A stretch of 42,579 nt of DNA from a virus (Duplodnaviria; Caudoviricetes), in the IMG/VR virus record IMGVR_UViG_3300031629_000011, positions 1-42,579 of that record; one strand, written 5' to 3'. Under the pieces are notes generated by a model. It saw nothing but the letters and a program-made list of their open reading frames with translations. It did not search any database and was not told the DNA's origin. Position numbers and translations under genes: made by a program. Of this stretch, positions 1 to 11,400 are shown piece after piece; positions within the stretch are counted from its first letter, which is position 1; each line of letters starts with the position of its first letter.

Positions 1-168
1 ATCGGCATCGCACTGGGGCAGTGGAAGTTCATCACCGACGCAGAGTATGCTGGCATTCAGGTGATGGGCGGTAACAAGTCCGCGACCCACCCAATGCTGC
101 GCGGTCAGCGCACCAGTCTGGTGATGAACGATGTGAAATTTATCGAACACTATGGGGATCAGGTATGA
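1..168 (+). CDS. hypothetical protein (5'-truncated)
   Basis: Frame open from base 1 (IGIALGQWKF...HYGDQV*); its TGA overlaps the next ATG (ATGA at 165-168). Confidence 0.6.
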   Translation: MGIALGQWKFITDAEYAGIQVMGGNKSATHPMLRGQRTSLVMNDVKFIEHYGDQV

Positions 169-353
169 GCTACAGGATTGAAGTGTCACGCGGGGGTCAG
201 GTGCAACGCAAGATCCCGGCTGGCACATGGCGTGACGCAGCCGCCGAGCGTTATCTCGAGATCATCCGGGAGTACCGCAGTGAGTACACCATCACACTCA
301 GGGACATCACCACCAACGCCACTCTGGCAGAGCGCATGGGGAGTAAGTCATGA
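165..353 (+). CDS. hypothetical phage protein, 62 aa
   Basis: ATGA overlaps at both ends; GGGG-type RBS upstream. Confidence 0.7.
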   Translation: MSYRIEVSRGGQVQRKIPAGTWRDAAAERYLEIIREYRSEYTITLRDITTNATLAERMGSKS

Positions 354-2257
354 TTGACTACTACACCTACGACATTGAGACCTACCCCACATGCTTCACC
401 GTGGCGGTCGAGCACTACGCCACCCGGGCACAGTGGCGGTTCGAGATGTCGTTCCGAAAGGATGACACCCAGCGCCTGATCAAGTTCCTCGATGAGCTGT
501 CCGACCTGCCCAACGTGGCCATGGTGGGGTTCAACAACATCGGCTTTGATTGGCCCATCGTCAGTGAGTTCTGGAAGAGCGATGGTACCACTGGGTACGA
601 AGGTGCTTATAAAAAGTGTCAGGCCATCATCGGCACCAACGACCCGTTCGCCCACACTATCTGGGACCCGGCCATCCCCCAGATTGACCTGTATAAAATT
701 AATCACTTCGACAACTCCGCCCGGCGCACCAGCCTCAAGCAGGTCGAGTTCAACATGCGAGTGTGGAACTTGATGGACCTCCCGTTCCCCCCGGGTTCGG
801 ATCTCACCAGTGTGCAGGTCGACATGCTCCTCGACTACAATATGAATGGCGATGTGGTCAACACCCGGGAGTTTCTCACCGAGTGCCTGCCGGCGATTGA
901 GTTTCGGGAAACCTTTGGTAGCGAGTGGTTGAACTACAATGACACCAAGCTCGGCAAAAAATTCTTCATCAATGAGTTGGAGAAGGCCGGCGTTGACTGC
1001 TTCACCATAAACAACCAGCCCATCCAAACTCCCCGGGCCAGCATGGATCTGAAGGACGCCCTGCTGCCCTACATAAACTTCAATCACCCGGAGTTCCAGC
1101 GCATCCACAGGTGGTTCTACGAGCAGACCATCACCGAGACCAAGGGTGTGTTCAAAGATGTAGAGTGCACCGTCGAGGGGTTTAATTATGTCTTCGGGTT
1201 GGGCGGCATTCATGGCAGTGTGGAGGCGCAGACAGTCACCTCGGGCGATGATCACATCATCGAGGACTGGGACGTGGCCAGCTACTATCCCAACATAGCC
1301 ATCTCCAACCGCCTGTATCCTGCTCACCTCGGGGAGCGGTTCTGCGACATTTATCAAAGGCTATACGAGCAGCGCAAGGGTCACGCCAAGGGTACCCCCA
1401 TGAACGCGGCACTGAAGCTGGCTCTCAATGGTGTGTACGGCGATAGCAACTCTAAGTTCAGCCCGTTCTATGACCCCCTGTATACCATGTCGATCACCAT
1501 CAATGGGCAGCTACTGCTGTGCATGTTGGCAGAGATGTTGGTGACGCAGGTGCCCGGGATGCAGATGATTCAGATCAACACCGACGGGCTCACCATACGC
1601 TACCCCCGGGGGCACAAGTTTTTAGTGCACACGATCTGTGACACTTGGCAGACCCTAACCCACCTCACTCTGGAGGATGTTGAGTATGCCCGCATGCACA
1701 TCCGGGATGTTAATAATTATATCGGCGTCTATCTCAACGGTGATCTCAAGCGCAAGGGTGCGTACGAATACGAGCGTGAGCACCACCAGAACCACAGCGC
1801 GCTGGTCATACCCAAGGCTGCTGAGATGGTGCTGTGTCACGGCTTCAGTGTCGAGACTGCTGTGCAATACCATACTAACATCTTCGACTACGCATTATTT
1901 GTGAAGGCGCCCCGGCTTGAGCTCGATGGTGTGCCGGTGCAAGGTCGCAGCCGGTACTACGTCAGCACAGCAGGAGGGACGCTCAGGAGCATTAAGCCGC
2001 CACCCAAGGGCATGGTAGCGGGTGACTACAAGAAGGCACAGGGGGTCACCAATAGCTCCTACTGGTTGGGTAATGTGACGGGTGTCCACAACGCCGACAT
2101 CCATACTAAGAACCGGAGCCAGTACGGGTCCCTGATTAGCGAAACGGAAAAGGGGTGGAAGGTCACGGTGTGCAATGACATCATGCAGTGCACCAACCCC
2201 ATCAACTACGAATATTACTATGACCGGGTTCGCAAGTTAGTCGAGCCCGTGCTTTAA
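350..2257 (+). CDS. family B DNA polymerase with N-terminal 3'-5' exonuclease
   Basis: ExoI YDIETYP, ExoII GFNNIGFDWP, ExoIII-like YNMNGDV; polymerase motifs A DWDVASYYPN, B KLALNGVYG, C INTDG; RBS GGGGAG. Confidence 0.93.
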   Translation: MIDYYTYDIETYPTCFTVAVEHYATRAQWRFEMSFRKDDTQRLIKFLDELSDLPNVAMVGFNNIGFDWPIVSEFWKSDGTTGYEGAYKKCQAIIGTNDPFAHTIWDPAIPQIDLYKINHFDNSARRTSLKQVEFNMRVWNLMDLPFPPGSDLTSVQVDMLLDYNMNGDVVNTREFLTECLPAIEFRETFGSEWLNYNDTKLGKKFFINELEKAGVDCFTINNQPIQTPRASMDLKDALLPYINFNHPEFQRIHRWFYEQTITETKGVFKDVECTVEGFNYVFGLGGIHGSVEAQTVTSGDDHIIEDWDVASYYPNIAISNRLYPAHLGERFCDIYQRLYEQRKGHAKGTPMNAALKLALNGVYGDSNSKFSPFYDPLYTMSITINGQLLLCMLAEMLVTQVPGMQMIQINTDGLTIRYPRGHKFLVHTICDTWQTLTHLTLEDVEYARMHIRDVNNYIGVYLNGDLKRKGAYEYEREHHQNHSALVIPKAAEMVLCHGFSVETAVQYHTNIFDYALFVKAPRLELDGVPVQGRSRYYVSTAGGTLRSIKPPPKGMVAGDYKKAQGVTNSSYWLGNVTGVHNADIHTKNRSQYGSLISETEKGWKVTVCNDIMQCTNPINYEYYYDRVRKLVEPVL

Positions 2258-2273
2258 CCAAGGGGAAATACCA

Positions 2274-2363
2274 ATGGACATTAGGGAAATACAGTTCGCC
2301 GCCATGAATTTGAAAGAGCCTCTCGACGCTATTGATGCGCGCAACTATGGAGATGCTGTCTAG
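2274..2363 (+). CDS. small hypothetical peptide, 29 aa (MDIREIQFAAM...YGDAV)
   Basis: Below ORF-track cutoff; RBS AAGGGG upstream; TAG overlaps the GTG start of the J-domain gene. Confidence 0.5.
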   Translation: MDIREIQFAAMNLKEPLDAIDARNYGDAV

Positions 2364-2917
2364 TGAATCCATACACTGAGCTGGCCGTCGATCCTGACGC
2401 CGACGCTGCTACAATTAAAACCGCGTACCGGAGAGCAGCCATGGCTAACCATCCCGATCGACAGCAGGGCAACGACGACGTCGAGCAGTTCCAGATTATC
2501 GCGCTGGCGTATGACATCCTGAAGGACCCTGACAAGCGAGCACGGTTCGATGCAACCGGTGAGACTGGGGGAGAGTCCCCGGCCGATCAGCGGCTCTCAC
2601 AGCTGTTGGCTAATTGCATCGATCAGGGTGACTGGAACAATGATATTGTGGAGGACCTGCGCCGGCAGGTGAGACACGTCATGTCGAACCTCGATGCCAC
2701 CAACCGTAACCACATGGCGCATGTCAGCAAGATGAACACGCGCCTTGGTAGAGTTAAAGGGTTGCCTCAGGTTGACCTCATGGTGCAGAGAAAGATCGAC
2801 GCCCTCGAGACTGTGATCGCCGCCAACAAGGTGGAAACCAAAGTTCTCGAGGGCGTGCTCGAGCTGCTAATGGACGCTACTGACTCTCAGTCTCAGCAGC
2901 TCGATTGGTCGGCTTAG
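2363..2917 (+). CDS. J-domain (DnaJ-type) protein with helical C-terminus
   Basis: NPYTELAV...IKTAYRRAAMANHPDR...FQIIALAYDILKDPDKRARFD is a canonical J-domain with intact HPD; no G/F region or Zn finger. Confidence 0.9.
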   Translation: MNPYTELAVDPDADAATIKTAYRRAAMANHPDRQQGNDDVEQFQIIALAYDILKDPDKRARFDATGETGGESPADQRLSQLLANCIDQGDWNNDIVEDLRRQVRHVMSNLDATNRNHMAHVSKMNTRLGRVKGLPQVDLMVQRKIDALETVIAANKVETKVLEGVLELLMDATDSQSQQLDWSA

Positions 2918-5466
2918 ATACCGGCCTCTTCCAACCGTGCCATCAGGCCGTCGATGATAACCTGCTGTTCCTGAATCGCCATAGTCAGCGCGGCCAAAAT
3001 AGGCCCGTCCCTAAAACCAAGGAGCCCATCTGGGTTCTGAGGCGTTGCTTCTGGGATAACTTTTTGAACAGCTTGAGCAATAAATCCCGTGTCAGTCTCA
3101 CCCGTTTCAATCCAGTTAAAATCAGAAGGGGAAAGTAACAGGACATCCTCTAACCCGTACCTTGTTGGTGAAACATTTTCTTTCAAACTCTCATCAGAAG
3201 ACTTTAACGCCAACACACCATAACCGTGTACAATGTCTGTCCCTGCCGCGCTAGTCATACCCTCAAGAGCTATCGTTCCGCCAACGACTATATCAGTGTT
3301 GCCTCCGGGTTGGGTTAAAGAGTTCCCCGCCGTGATACCAGAGTTGAATTCTTTAACTCCACTAATCTGTTGAGTACCAGTGGTTCTCAACACGGTAGAG
3401 TCAACATCAAAGGTCCTGTTCGCCGACAACGTGCCACCGCCGCTTAGTCCGTCCCCGGCTGTGAGGTTACGTGTGTTCAACACCACATCGGCGGGAGAAA
3501 AAGAAGCCTCTACCAAGATGCCAAGGTTGTTGCTGTACAAAACTTTATCCACACCAAGGTGTGTGGCAATTGCTACGTTGGTGACAACATCAAGATTTTG
3601 AACAGTGGTGTTTGTATCGGTGAATGTTTTGTGGCCCGCTATAGACTGAGCACCGGTGGTTCTCAACACGGTAGAGTCAACATCAAAGGTCCTGTTCGCC
3701 GACAACGTGCCACCACCGCTTATCCCATCACCGGCTGTTAGGTTACGTGTGTTCAACACCACATCGGCGGGAGAAAAAGAAGCCTCTACCAAGATGCCAA
3801 GGTTGTTGCTGTACAAAACTTTATCCACACCAAGGTGTGTGGCAATTGCTACGTTGGTGACAACATCAAGATTTTGAATAGTGGTGTTTGTATCGCTGAA
3901 TGTTTTGTGGCCAGCGATAGATTGAACACCGGTTTTCAAAACTACATCGGCCGTGGTGGCGAAACTACTCGGGTTGTAACCAGACTTCAGGAGAAACCCA
4001 CTCCCATCTATAGATAGAAACTCGTTGTTATTCCCCCCGGCGCCAGTGGTGAGCGTCATGTGCATACCGGAAGAGAGAACAACTGCGCCGGTAAGTGTGG
4101 TTATACCGGTCACCTCCAGTGCTTGAGACATAGCAACTTCACCAGCCGCATTAATCTGGAGGTTGGCGTTAGCCAGCCAGTCACTGCCGTTCCACCTCAA
4201 CGTATCATTGAGACTACCACCAGCTGGCAACCTATCGTCCACATACTTCTTGGATGCCGCATGGGTGTCGCTAGTGGGCAGTTTCGGCAGAGATAAAAAC
4301 CCGCCAGAAAAGCCGAAATTCTCAGTCATAGCTGAGTCGGTGTATATGCTAAATGCCCCTGCCGTGCTGCTTGGTATGAGCTTCAACCAGTTGACACCGT
4401 ATACCTCATCAGTCGCTGTGGCCCACGACTCCAGTAGATGGTTTGCGTGGGTGTTGGCGAGGGTGATCGCACCGCCGATTATGAAGTTAGCCTGTCCCGG
4501 GACTGTTGTGACATCTAACGATGCTCCGGTGGCTGCCGCCCATCCTGCGCCGGTACCGACTAGCAGGTTGCCCGCTGAATCAGATGGCAGGCCACCAATG
4601 CCTGCCACTACACTATCGACATATAGCTTGGTCACCAGAACCTGATTGTTATCTGCTGGCTGAATCACACCACTGGTCAGGATCTTACCGTCTTCTCCAT
4701 GATAGAAAAACTCAGTAGCACTGGAGTACAAGATGATGGGGTTAGATGTGCGCAAGTTGGTGTTGTTATCAAACGAGAAAATGCTCAGGGCGTTCTCGGT
4801 GCCAAGGAAGTCAACCCCCTTGATGACCCACGCCTCGTTGTTCCCGGCTAGCTGACTGGGGATGTAGAACTCACCATCCTTTGTAAATCGGAATTGATTG
4901 CCGTTACCTAGCGAGTCTATTGTCGTGATGAAGAACTCGGAATCAACCCCCGTCCCATTAAAGATCATGGCGTTAATGCCAAACAGGTCGCCCTGAAGCT
5001 GGGACCAAAGCGATCCTGCGCCAACGCTATCCCACAGAAGTGTCCCAGTGATGGGGTCACCCGCGCCGGTCCCCACGAGAGGTACAAACTGACCGTCGCC
5101 GACGGGGGTAACCGTGATGACCAAGCTGAATGTGATCTGGGTAACGTCAGGTGACCACGCCCCGGTGAACACGGCCTGATGGATGTCGCCCGTATCTACG
5201 CTGAGAACCAGTACACCATTGACCACGTCATTGGATGCATTGAAGTCGGTCGCCCGGGTCCACAGTGAGTTGCTGACATTGTAGATTCCATTCAGTGTGG
5301 AGTCGGTCTGCCCCTTTACAAGCACGCGGTCCCCCGCTACCGTCTGGTAACTGTTGACGACCTGCACGCCAGACAGTGTGATGTTGACACTAGCCGTCGC
5401 GACGACCGGTGCCTTGATACCCTCTTCGGGAGAATCCCCAGTCCTGCTTAAAAATGATCCAGCCAT
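2914..5466 (-). CDS. tail fibre with C-terminal peptidase S74 intramolecular chaperone
   Basis: N-terminal fibre domain (GDRVLVKGQTDSTLNGIY...WTRATD), TKLYVD/KKYVD fibre motifs, C-terminal SSDESLKENV...GFIAQAVQKVIPEA plus coiled coil. Confidence 0.85.
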   Translation of the reverse strand: MAGSFLSRTGDSPEEGIKAPVVATASVNITLSGVQVVNSYQTVAGDRVLVKGQTDSTLNGIYNVSNSLWTRATDFNASNDVVNGVLVLSVDTGDIHQAVFTGAWSPDVTQITFSLVITVTPVGDGQFVPLVGTGAGDPITGTLLWDSVGAGSLWSQLQGDLFGINAMIFNGTGVDSEFFITTIDSLGNGNQFRFTKDGEFYIPSQLAGNNEAWVIKGVDFLGTENALSIFSFDNNTNLRTSNPIILYSSATEFFYHGEDGKILTSGVIQPADNNQVLVTKLYVDSVVAGIGGLPSDSAGNLLVGTGAGWAAATGASLDVTTVPGQANFIIGGAITLANTHANHLLESWATATDEVYGVNWLKLIPSSTAGAFSIYTDSAMTENFGFSGGFLSLPKLPTSDTHAASKKYVDDRLPAGGSLNDTLRWNGSDWLANANLQINAAGEVAMSQALEVTGITTLTGAVVLSSGMHMTLTTGAGGNNNEFLSIDGSGFLLKSGYNPSSFATTADVVLKTGVQSIAGHKTFSDTNTTIQNLDVVTNVAIATHLGVDKVLYSNNLGILVEASFSPADVVLNTRNLTAGDGISGGGTLSANRTFDVDSTVLRTTGAQSIAGHKTFTDTNTTVQNLDVVTNVAIATHLGVDKVLYSNNLGILVEASFSPADVVLNTRNLTAGDGLSGGGTLSANRTFDVDSTVLRTTGTQQISGVKEFNSGITAGNSLTQPGGNTDIVVGGTIALEGMTSAAGTDIVHGYGVLALKSSDESLKENVSPTRYGLEDVLLLSPSDFNWIETGETDTGFIAQAVQKVIPEATPQNPDGLLGFRDGPILAALTMAIQEQQVIIDGLMARLEEAGI
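3380..3933. repeat. two tandem near-identical 276-bp (92-aa) units in the tail fibre
   Basis: gtggttctcaacacggtagagtcaacatc... starts at 3380 and again at 3656; identity continues to about 3657/3933. Confidence 0.95.
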
Positions 5467-5485
5467 TGTCCTACCCTCTGATTAT

Positions 5486-8400
5486 TTATTGCGCTGCTTT
5501 CTTGCCTTGCGTGAGTGCAGTGTACGCTTCCCAGCCGTTCTCTGGCCAGCCACCGTTCTCGTCCACAAAATCAAGCAGGCGTGTGATGTTGCCCGACGCT
5601 GGGAGTGGTGTGATACCACCCACCGCTTTGAGCACATTGGATATTTTCTTCTCCGTCGACTTGTCGTCGTCCATGAATAGGTCGGCCAACGCTGTCGGCG
5701 CTGCCACCAGTGACTCACCCGGTCTGGAGGCCATCGTTCCACTGGACCCCATCCCCGTTGCTATTAGGTTGGCGAGGTCCCTTATCACAGGTGCGGCCGC
5801 GCCAATGAACAGGAAGTACTCATTGAGTGTGAACTCGACCCAGCCCTCGTCGTCGTCCTCATCGGGACCGCGGCCGGTAACCATGGCTGTCAGGAACGCT
5901 GCCGCCATGGGCGCCAGCATGACGCCAGTCAAGGCTTCCTTGGTGAAGAAATCAGTACCACCCTTGGTCGACTTGTACATCCGCTGATAGACCATATTGA
6001 ACCATGAGTTGAATGCGGTGAACAACTTGACCCATTGGGTCTGATTGCTGGCCAACATACCACCCATGTGGAGGTCGCTACCAGAGCCCACAGATTCAGC
6101 CACCGAACTGTCGGCAATGCTGACGGCCTTGGTCTCCGTCATGTTAGGGTCTTCCATGGCCCGCTCGTACGCTGACATCCACACTGGGTATGAGAACATT
6201 TTATCGGCCATGATCTGAGGGGTGAATCCCATTGCCTGAAACTTTTTCCAAGCGTGGTCGATCTGCCCGGTGCTGGTCATCTGGTTGACAAACTCACTGG
6301 ACTCCCGGCTGACGAACTGGCCGCGGTCGCGCATGTATGAGGAACGGCTGAGGATCATATCCTCGGTGAAATTATTCCCGGGTTCCAACATTGCTGAGTA
6401 AATTTTCGCAGCGTTCGCCATGAACCTCACAGGGCCAACCTCATCCATTGCAAGTGGTAATGCACTCACACTCTCGACGGTGTTCTTAACGCTGAACGCG
6501 AGGTATGCCATGGTGACAGAGCGACGACCCAGTCGTGCCAGCTTGGCCAGCCCCGGGACGGTCTCTCGAGCAGACCTGTTGCCAGTTTTATTATCCACAT
6601 TGTCGATGAAAGATTTGTACATGCCCGGACCATGTTTGCGCTCAATGGCACCCTTCACGTCAGGGGAGTCAATCAACCCGTGCAGGTCGTTGGCAGTCTC
6701 GGCAAATGCGATGAAGTGCATCGCCTCGTCCAATGACACAATGATGTTGCTGGCATCAAGACTGGGCGGCCTACCACCGCTACCAACCCGGGAGTGTAAT
6801 GACCCGGCTTTGTTTGGCATGACGTTTGACTGACTACCGTTGCTGGCCTGCTCAGTCTTCAGCTCGATCTCAGAGCTGTCATAAAACAGGCGCATGTGCC
6901 CACCTGTCATGGGAGTACCGTTGATCTCAAATGGGACCGGATCCAGCTGGGCTGGTGCTACCCCATACAGCGTGGTGCTGGTTTTTGAGAGCTCTGGCCA
7001 TAGGGTCTCGTTGACCTGCCATGTGGCGTTAACCAGAGACACTTGGGTGGGTGTCATGTCAGCCAGAATTTTATTCACATCGTTTGCTGTCACGCCGAAT
7101 CCCTGCATGATCGCCTCGCGGCTGGTCTCGGTGCCCCAGTACAGGGCCATCATAAACCGCCCTTCGCTGTGCATGTCTAGCGTCAGGCCGGACTCCAGCG
7201 TATAAGACTTCTTATCGGTGCGCTTCAAGCCGGCATTGTGCAGATCACTCAGCTTGTCCTGATAGACCGCATACATTCCATGCTTCAGTTCCATCAGCTT
7301 ATTAGAAGCCTGCTCAATGGGTGCGAAGACCATCTCGTAAACTGCACCGTCATTGCCCCCCCATTCATTGTCCATCTTGCGCGCAATATTTCGCAGCGAG
7401 CTGAGGCTATTGAAGAAGTGCGAGATGGCCCGGGCGGTGCTCTCATGCTTCCCGGGTATTCCGCGCTGGTTCTTCTGATCCTTGCCACCATTCTCAATGA
7501 TCGCTTCCGACAGAATACCGCGCTTCACCACTTTGAGTTCGCTGGCTTCTTCGGACTGGGCGCCGCCGACAAAGCGCAGGTGCCTGAGCTGGTCGTACAC
7601 GCTAGCTAGATCCTCGGCTGTCAGGTCATCAAATTGCGGCAGCTTGAAGTCAGCAGGTATCTGATTATTGGTGCTCTCATTTTTGGCAGCCACCGCACGG
7701 ATGATGTTGAGGTCCAGTAGGGCAATGTCCACATATTGATTCTCGTCCAACAACTGCGTGGTGTACCAGTTGATGACAGCATTCATGTCCTGCACACGCT
7801 CGGTGTTGGCGCGCATATCGTACATGTTCGCGATGGCTTTAATATTCGCGATGAAGCTGGGCTCGACCGCCTTGGGGTTATATGTTCGGGTGGCTGCCTT
7901 GCGCACATACTTGCGCTGGCGCTGCATGTCATCGCGGACCTTAGTCGCCTCTTTAAACAAGTAATGGTTAGCCAGTCGCTTTGAGGTAGCGGCGAACTTC
8001 TCCTCATCCGTCTTGGCGGTAGCGGCCTCTATCGCGGCACGGGTAGCGGCCCGCTCAAACTTACCGGGCTTAATCTCCTTGAACTTCATAGTGGAGATCA
8101 TGCGCTTGGCTTCGGCCTTCAGGTACTCGCGGTTAATTTTTGTGGTCTTATCCAGAGCCTTGAGCTCCATCAGCAGCAGCTTGGCGTGCTCGTTATTATG
8201 CATGGCCTCGCGGGCCTCCTGCGCGATGCTACCATCGTTCAGGATATCCCCGTGCTTATCCACCATGATGGCCTCTGCTGCTTCCTCAGCGGCCTTGTTC
8301 AGTGTGGGCGCCTCATTGATCGCCTTAATCATTTGTCCCGCAGACGCGAAGCCGTGGGCCTCTGCGTACATGTCCGGGTGTATACCACCCTTCTTGGCCT

Positions 8401-11400
8401 TGCCTATCATCTTACCCGGCACCTTCCCGCCGTTCAGCTCGACCACAGCGTCGTAGTCCATGGGCTCGCTGGCCAGATTGGTGAGCACCTGATACACGGG
8501 CTCCTTGCGCAGGCGCTCCTTCTCCTGCTCGATGAGTGGCGCCTTCTCTTCTCTCCATCTCTCACCGGCACGGTTGGTCAGCTCACTGATTAATTTCTCA
8601 TCAAGCGTGGCTGTGGCTGTGTCGGTGACGCGCTGCTGTTGCTTCTTGTACTTGGCCCAATCCTCGTCGGTCATGCCGGCCTGTTCCTTGGAACGGAACA
8701 GCTCTTCAAATACAGGGTTACCGGCCGCCTGCTCGATCTCGGCATCGGTCGCCAGCATGCGGTCGAAGTATTCAATAATCTCCGGGGTGAGGTCCGCCCG
8801 GGTGCGGTTGTCCATGGACTTATATATGGCAGTCAGCCAGCGACGGAATGCAGCGAACGCCTCACGTAGTGCCAGACTAGGGGCCTTGCCGGTTTCCACA
8901 TAGACCTCGAAGGTCTCGGCGTATTTCTCATGAAGATCAACGGTGATGTCGCCGAATGTATCTACACCCAGCCAGTCAAGCATTGCCCGCTGATTGGGCG
9001 TCACACCAAAGTCGGCAGCCAGTTGCCGCTCAAGCTCGAGGAACATGTGAGCACTCTCGTGCAGGAAGCTCGACAGGTCGGACTCCTTACCCAGACGAAT
9101 CTGTCGCTCGTTGCCGCGTATCTCAATGGTTGCCCGGTTGTCCTGAGCTAGCTCTTGAGGGGTCTCGGGGGTGAACTTAATGGGGGGGACGTCTCCCCAG
9201 TCGTATCGCTCGGCGAACTCTTCATAGACGGATTGGGTTTTCGGATAGAGAACGCTTGCACTCCACCTGAGAATATCGGATCGTCCGGCGTCAATAACCT
9301 GCCCTTGGTAGCCTTCCCCATTCTTGTTCTCCTTCCAATTGTTCATTACAATTTTGCCGTCACTTGCGAAGTACACGGGCTCGAACTCCAGCCCATCAGG
9401 CGTGACCGCCTCTAACGCTTTGGTGACGATCTTATGGAACTTCTTATTATCGACGCTCTCGTCAAGATTTACAACCCTTACCCCGGCGGGGGTTGAGATA
9501 ATTCCAGTGGCCTCATGGTTCAGCTCTTCCATCAGGATCACGTCCAGAGCGTGAGCCTCTTCCGGGGTCATGACGCGACCCAGATCAAACTCCACGGCGT
9601 TGGACTGCTTCACTGAATTCTTATAGAAGGCCTTGTGGTATCCGACACCATCCTGTCTGGTGAGCAGACCCAGTATCGCCGCGTACACATCCAACACCTG
9701 CGCCTGAGCAGGGTCGATTGACGCCGTGGCATGGTACCGCTGGTATTCCATGTCGGGGTACATCGGCCCGATGTCGGTCTTACTTGTGTATGGAATTCTC
9801 GGGCCGCGGGCGAACCACTCCACCTGCTCGGACTCCTTCAGTGCTTTGAAAGCCCTGTCGGTGATCACATCGCCCTCGTTGTTGGTGTGCATGATGCCAC
9901 CACCGGCTGGTGCTACCGCCACCTTGAGCTGGGTGCTTGGGTTTGTTTCCCCGCCCCAAACTCCCGGTGCTATCACGGATCCGTCTGCCAATATACCTAA
10001 CTGCTGGGCGAGCATGTCCGCCCCGGTGTCGTCCGACAGGGCCTCCTGTATCGCCAAATGCAGCTCCATCTTCTGCTCATATGTAGCAGCATGGATGCCG
10101 GCTAGAATGTCCGAGTGAGTGGTCGGTACGGACTCCGATGATATCTGGCCGATGTGCCTGCGCACACCGTCGCTGAAATCAAACTTCGCCAGCTGGGTAT
10201 CCTTCGCAGTCAGGGAGTGCTTCATTCCCTGATTCACCCAGTTCATGGCGTGCTTGGACTGATCCAGAATTTTACGGCCGATCCCACCGCCTTTGATCCA
10301 CTTGTTCTTGCGGGACACCTGCTCGGTGACTCTCTTAACTTCCTCGTTTTCCATGCGGGCCTTCATGCCCACCCACACGGCAGCCTGCACCTGTTGGGGC
10401 TCCCAGCCCATCTCCTCGGCCAGCAGGTTGGTCTCGTTCTCCATGAATGCGTATTCAGAAGTGTTGGGTGCATCGTGGTCATAGAACCCGGCGCGCATCA
10501 TCCACATATCAATGGTGGCGCCCTGACCCTTACTGTGAGCGGGATCCACCTGACGCAGTAGGTTGGCGTAAAAGTTGTTGGTCTTCTCACCGCCCCACGC
10601 AGCGCCGTTGTAGAGGATGTCGGTGGCCTGACGATCCTGACTGCCCGTCTTGACCTCGATTGGTATACCGGCCTTGTACTGGGCCCATGCGCGCAATGCG
10701 AATGTGGAGTTGGCGTCGACCTTGGCCTGCGGGGAGTATATGGCGAGCAGCGCGATGAACTTCTTCGCCTCGTCCATGTTGCCGCCGGTCATGTTGTAAA
10801 TCTCAGACCCTGAGTTCTCGTACCAGAATCTGCCGGGAGCCCCCTCTTCAGCCAGCTGCCTAAATTTCTTACGCCATGTAGTTCTTTTGGATGGTGTGTT
10901 GTTGGACTCGGATGCCCCGACGTACTTACCGTTCTTATCTTTCTTGGTGCGTATGACCTTGCCGCCGCGGGAGTATGTGACGGGATCGCCACGCAGGCCC
11001 GCTGCAGCCCTGTGCGCCATGTTGGGGGTAAACCGCAGACCTTTAGGTGTCTGGACAGGGGTGCCCCTGACGCCCTCTGGGAGCTTCGCACGGATCGACT
11101 CGATGTCACCGTACACAATTAGAGTGCCGTCGGCGTATTCTTTACCGGTGAAATCACCGACTGCCACGCGCCCCTTGGGGATGGGGGACTGTGCCAGAGT
11201 AACAACTTCAGGGCTTACGTTGACCTCGTCAAATACAGCAACGACCTTCCCAATACTCGGGTCATCGACCCAGTACCCCATGTAGCCGGCATCGGCCACA
11301 GCGCGCTCGCTGGCCGCGGGGTCGTGTTGGGTTCTGAGATTTTCAGGGTCCGCCCGGTAGTCATAGATCAGCTCACCGGGCAGTTGGGCTACCAGTCTGC

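Noticed and set aside
251-1357. 368-aa - strand ORF
   Set aside because: Antisense to the motif-rich polymerase; no recognisable features.
3380-3933. DGR template/variable repeat pair (BPP-1-like head genes raised the possibility)
   Set aside because: Copies are tandem and in frame mid-gene, mismatches are not adenine-specific, and no reverse transcriptase is in the window.
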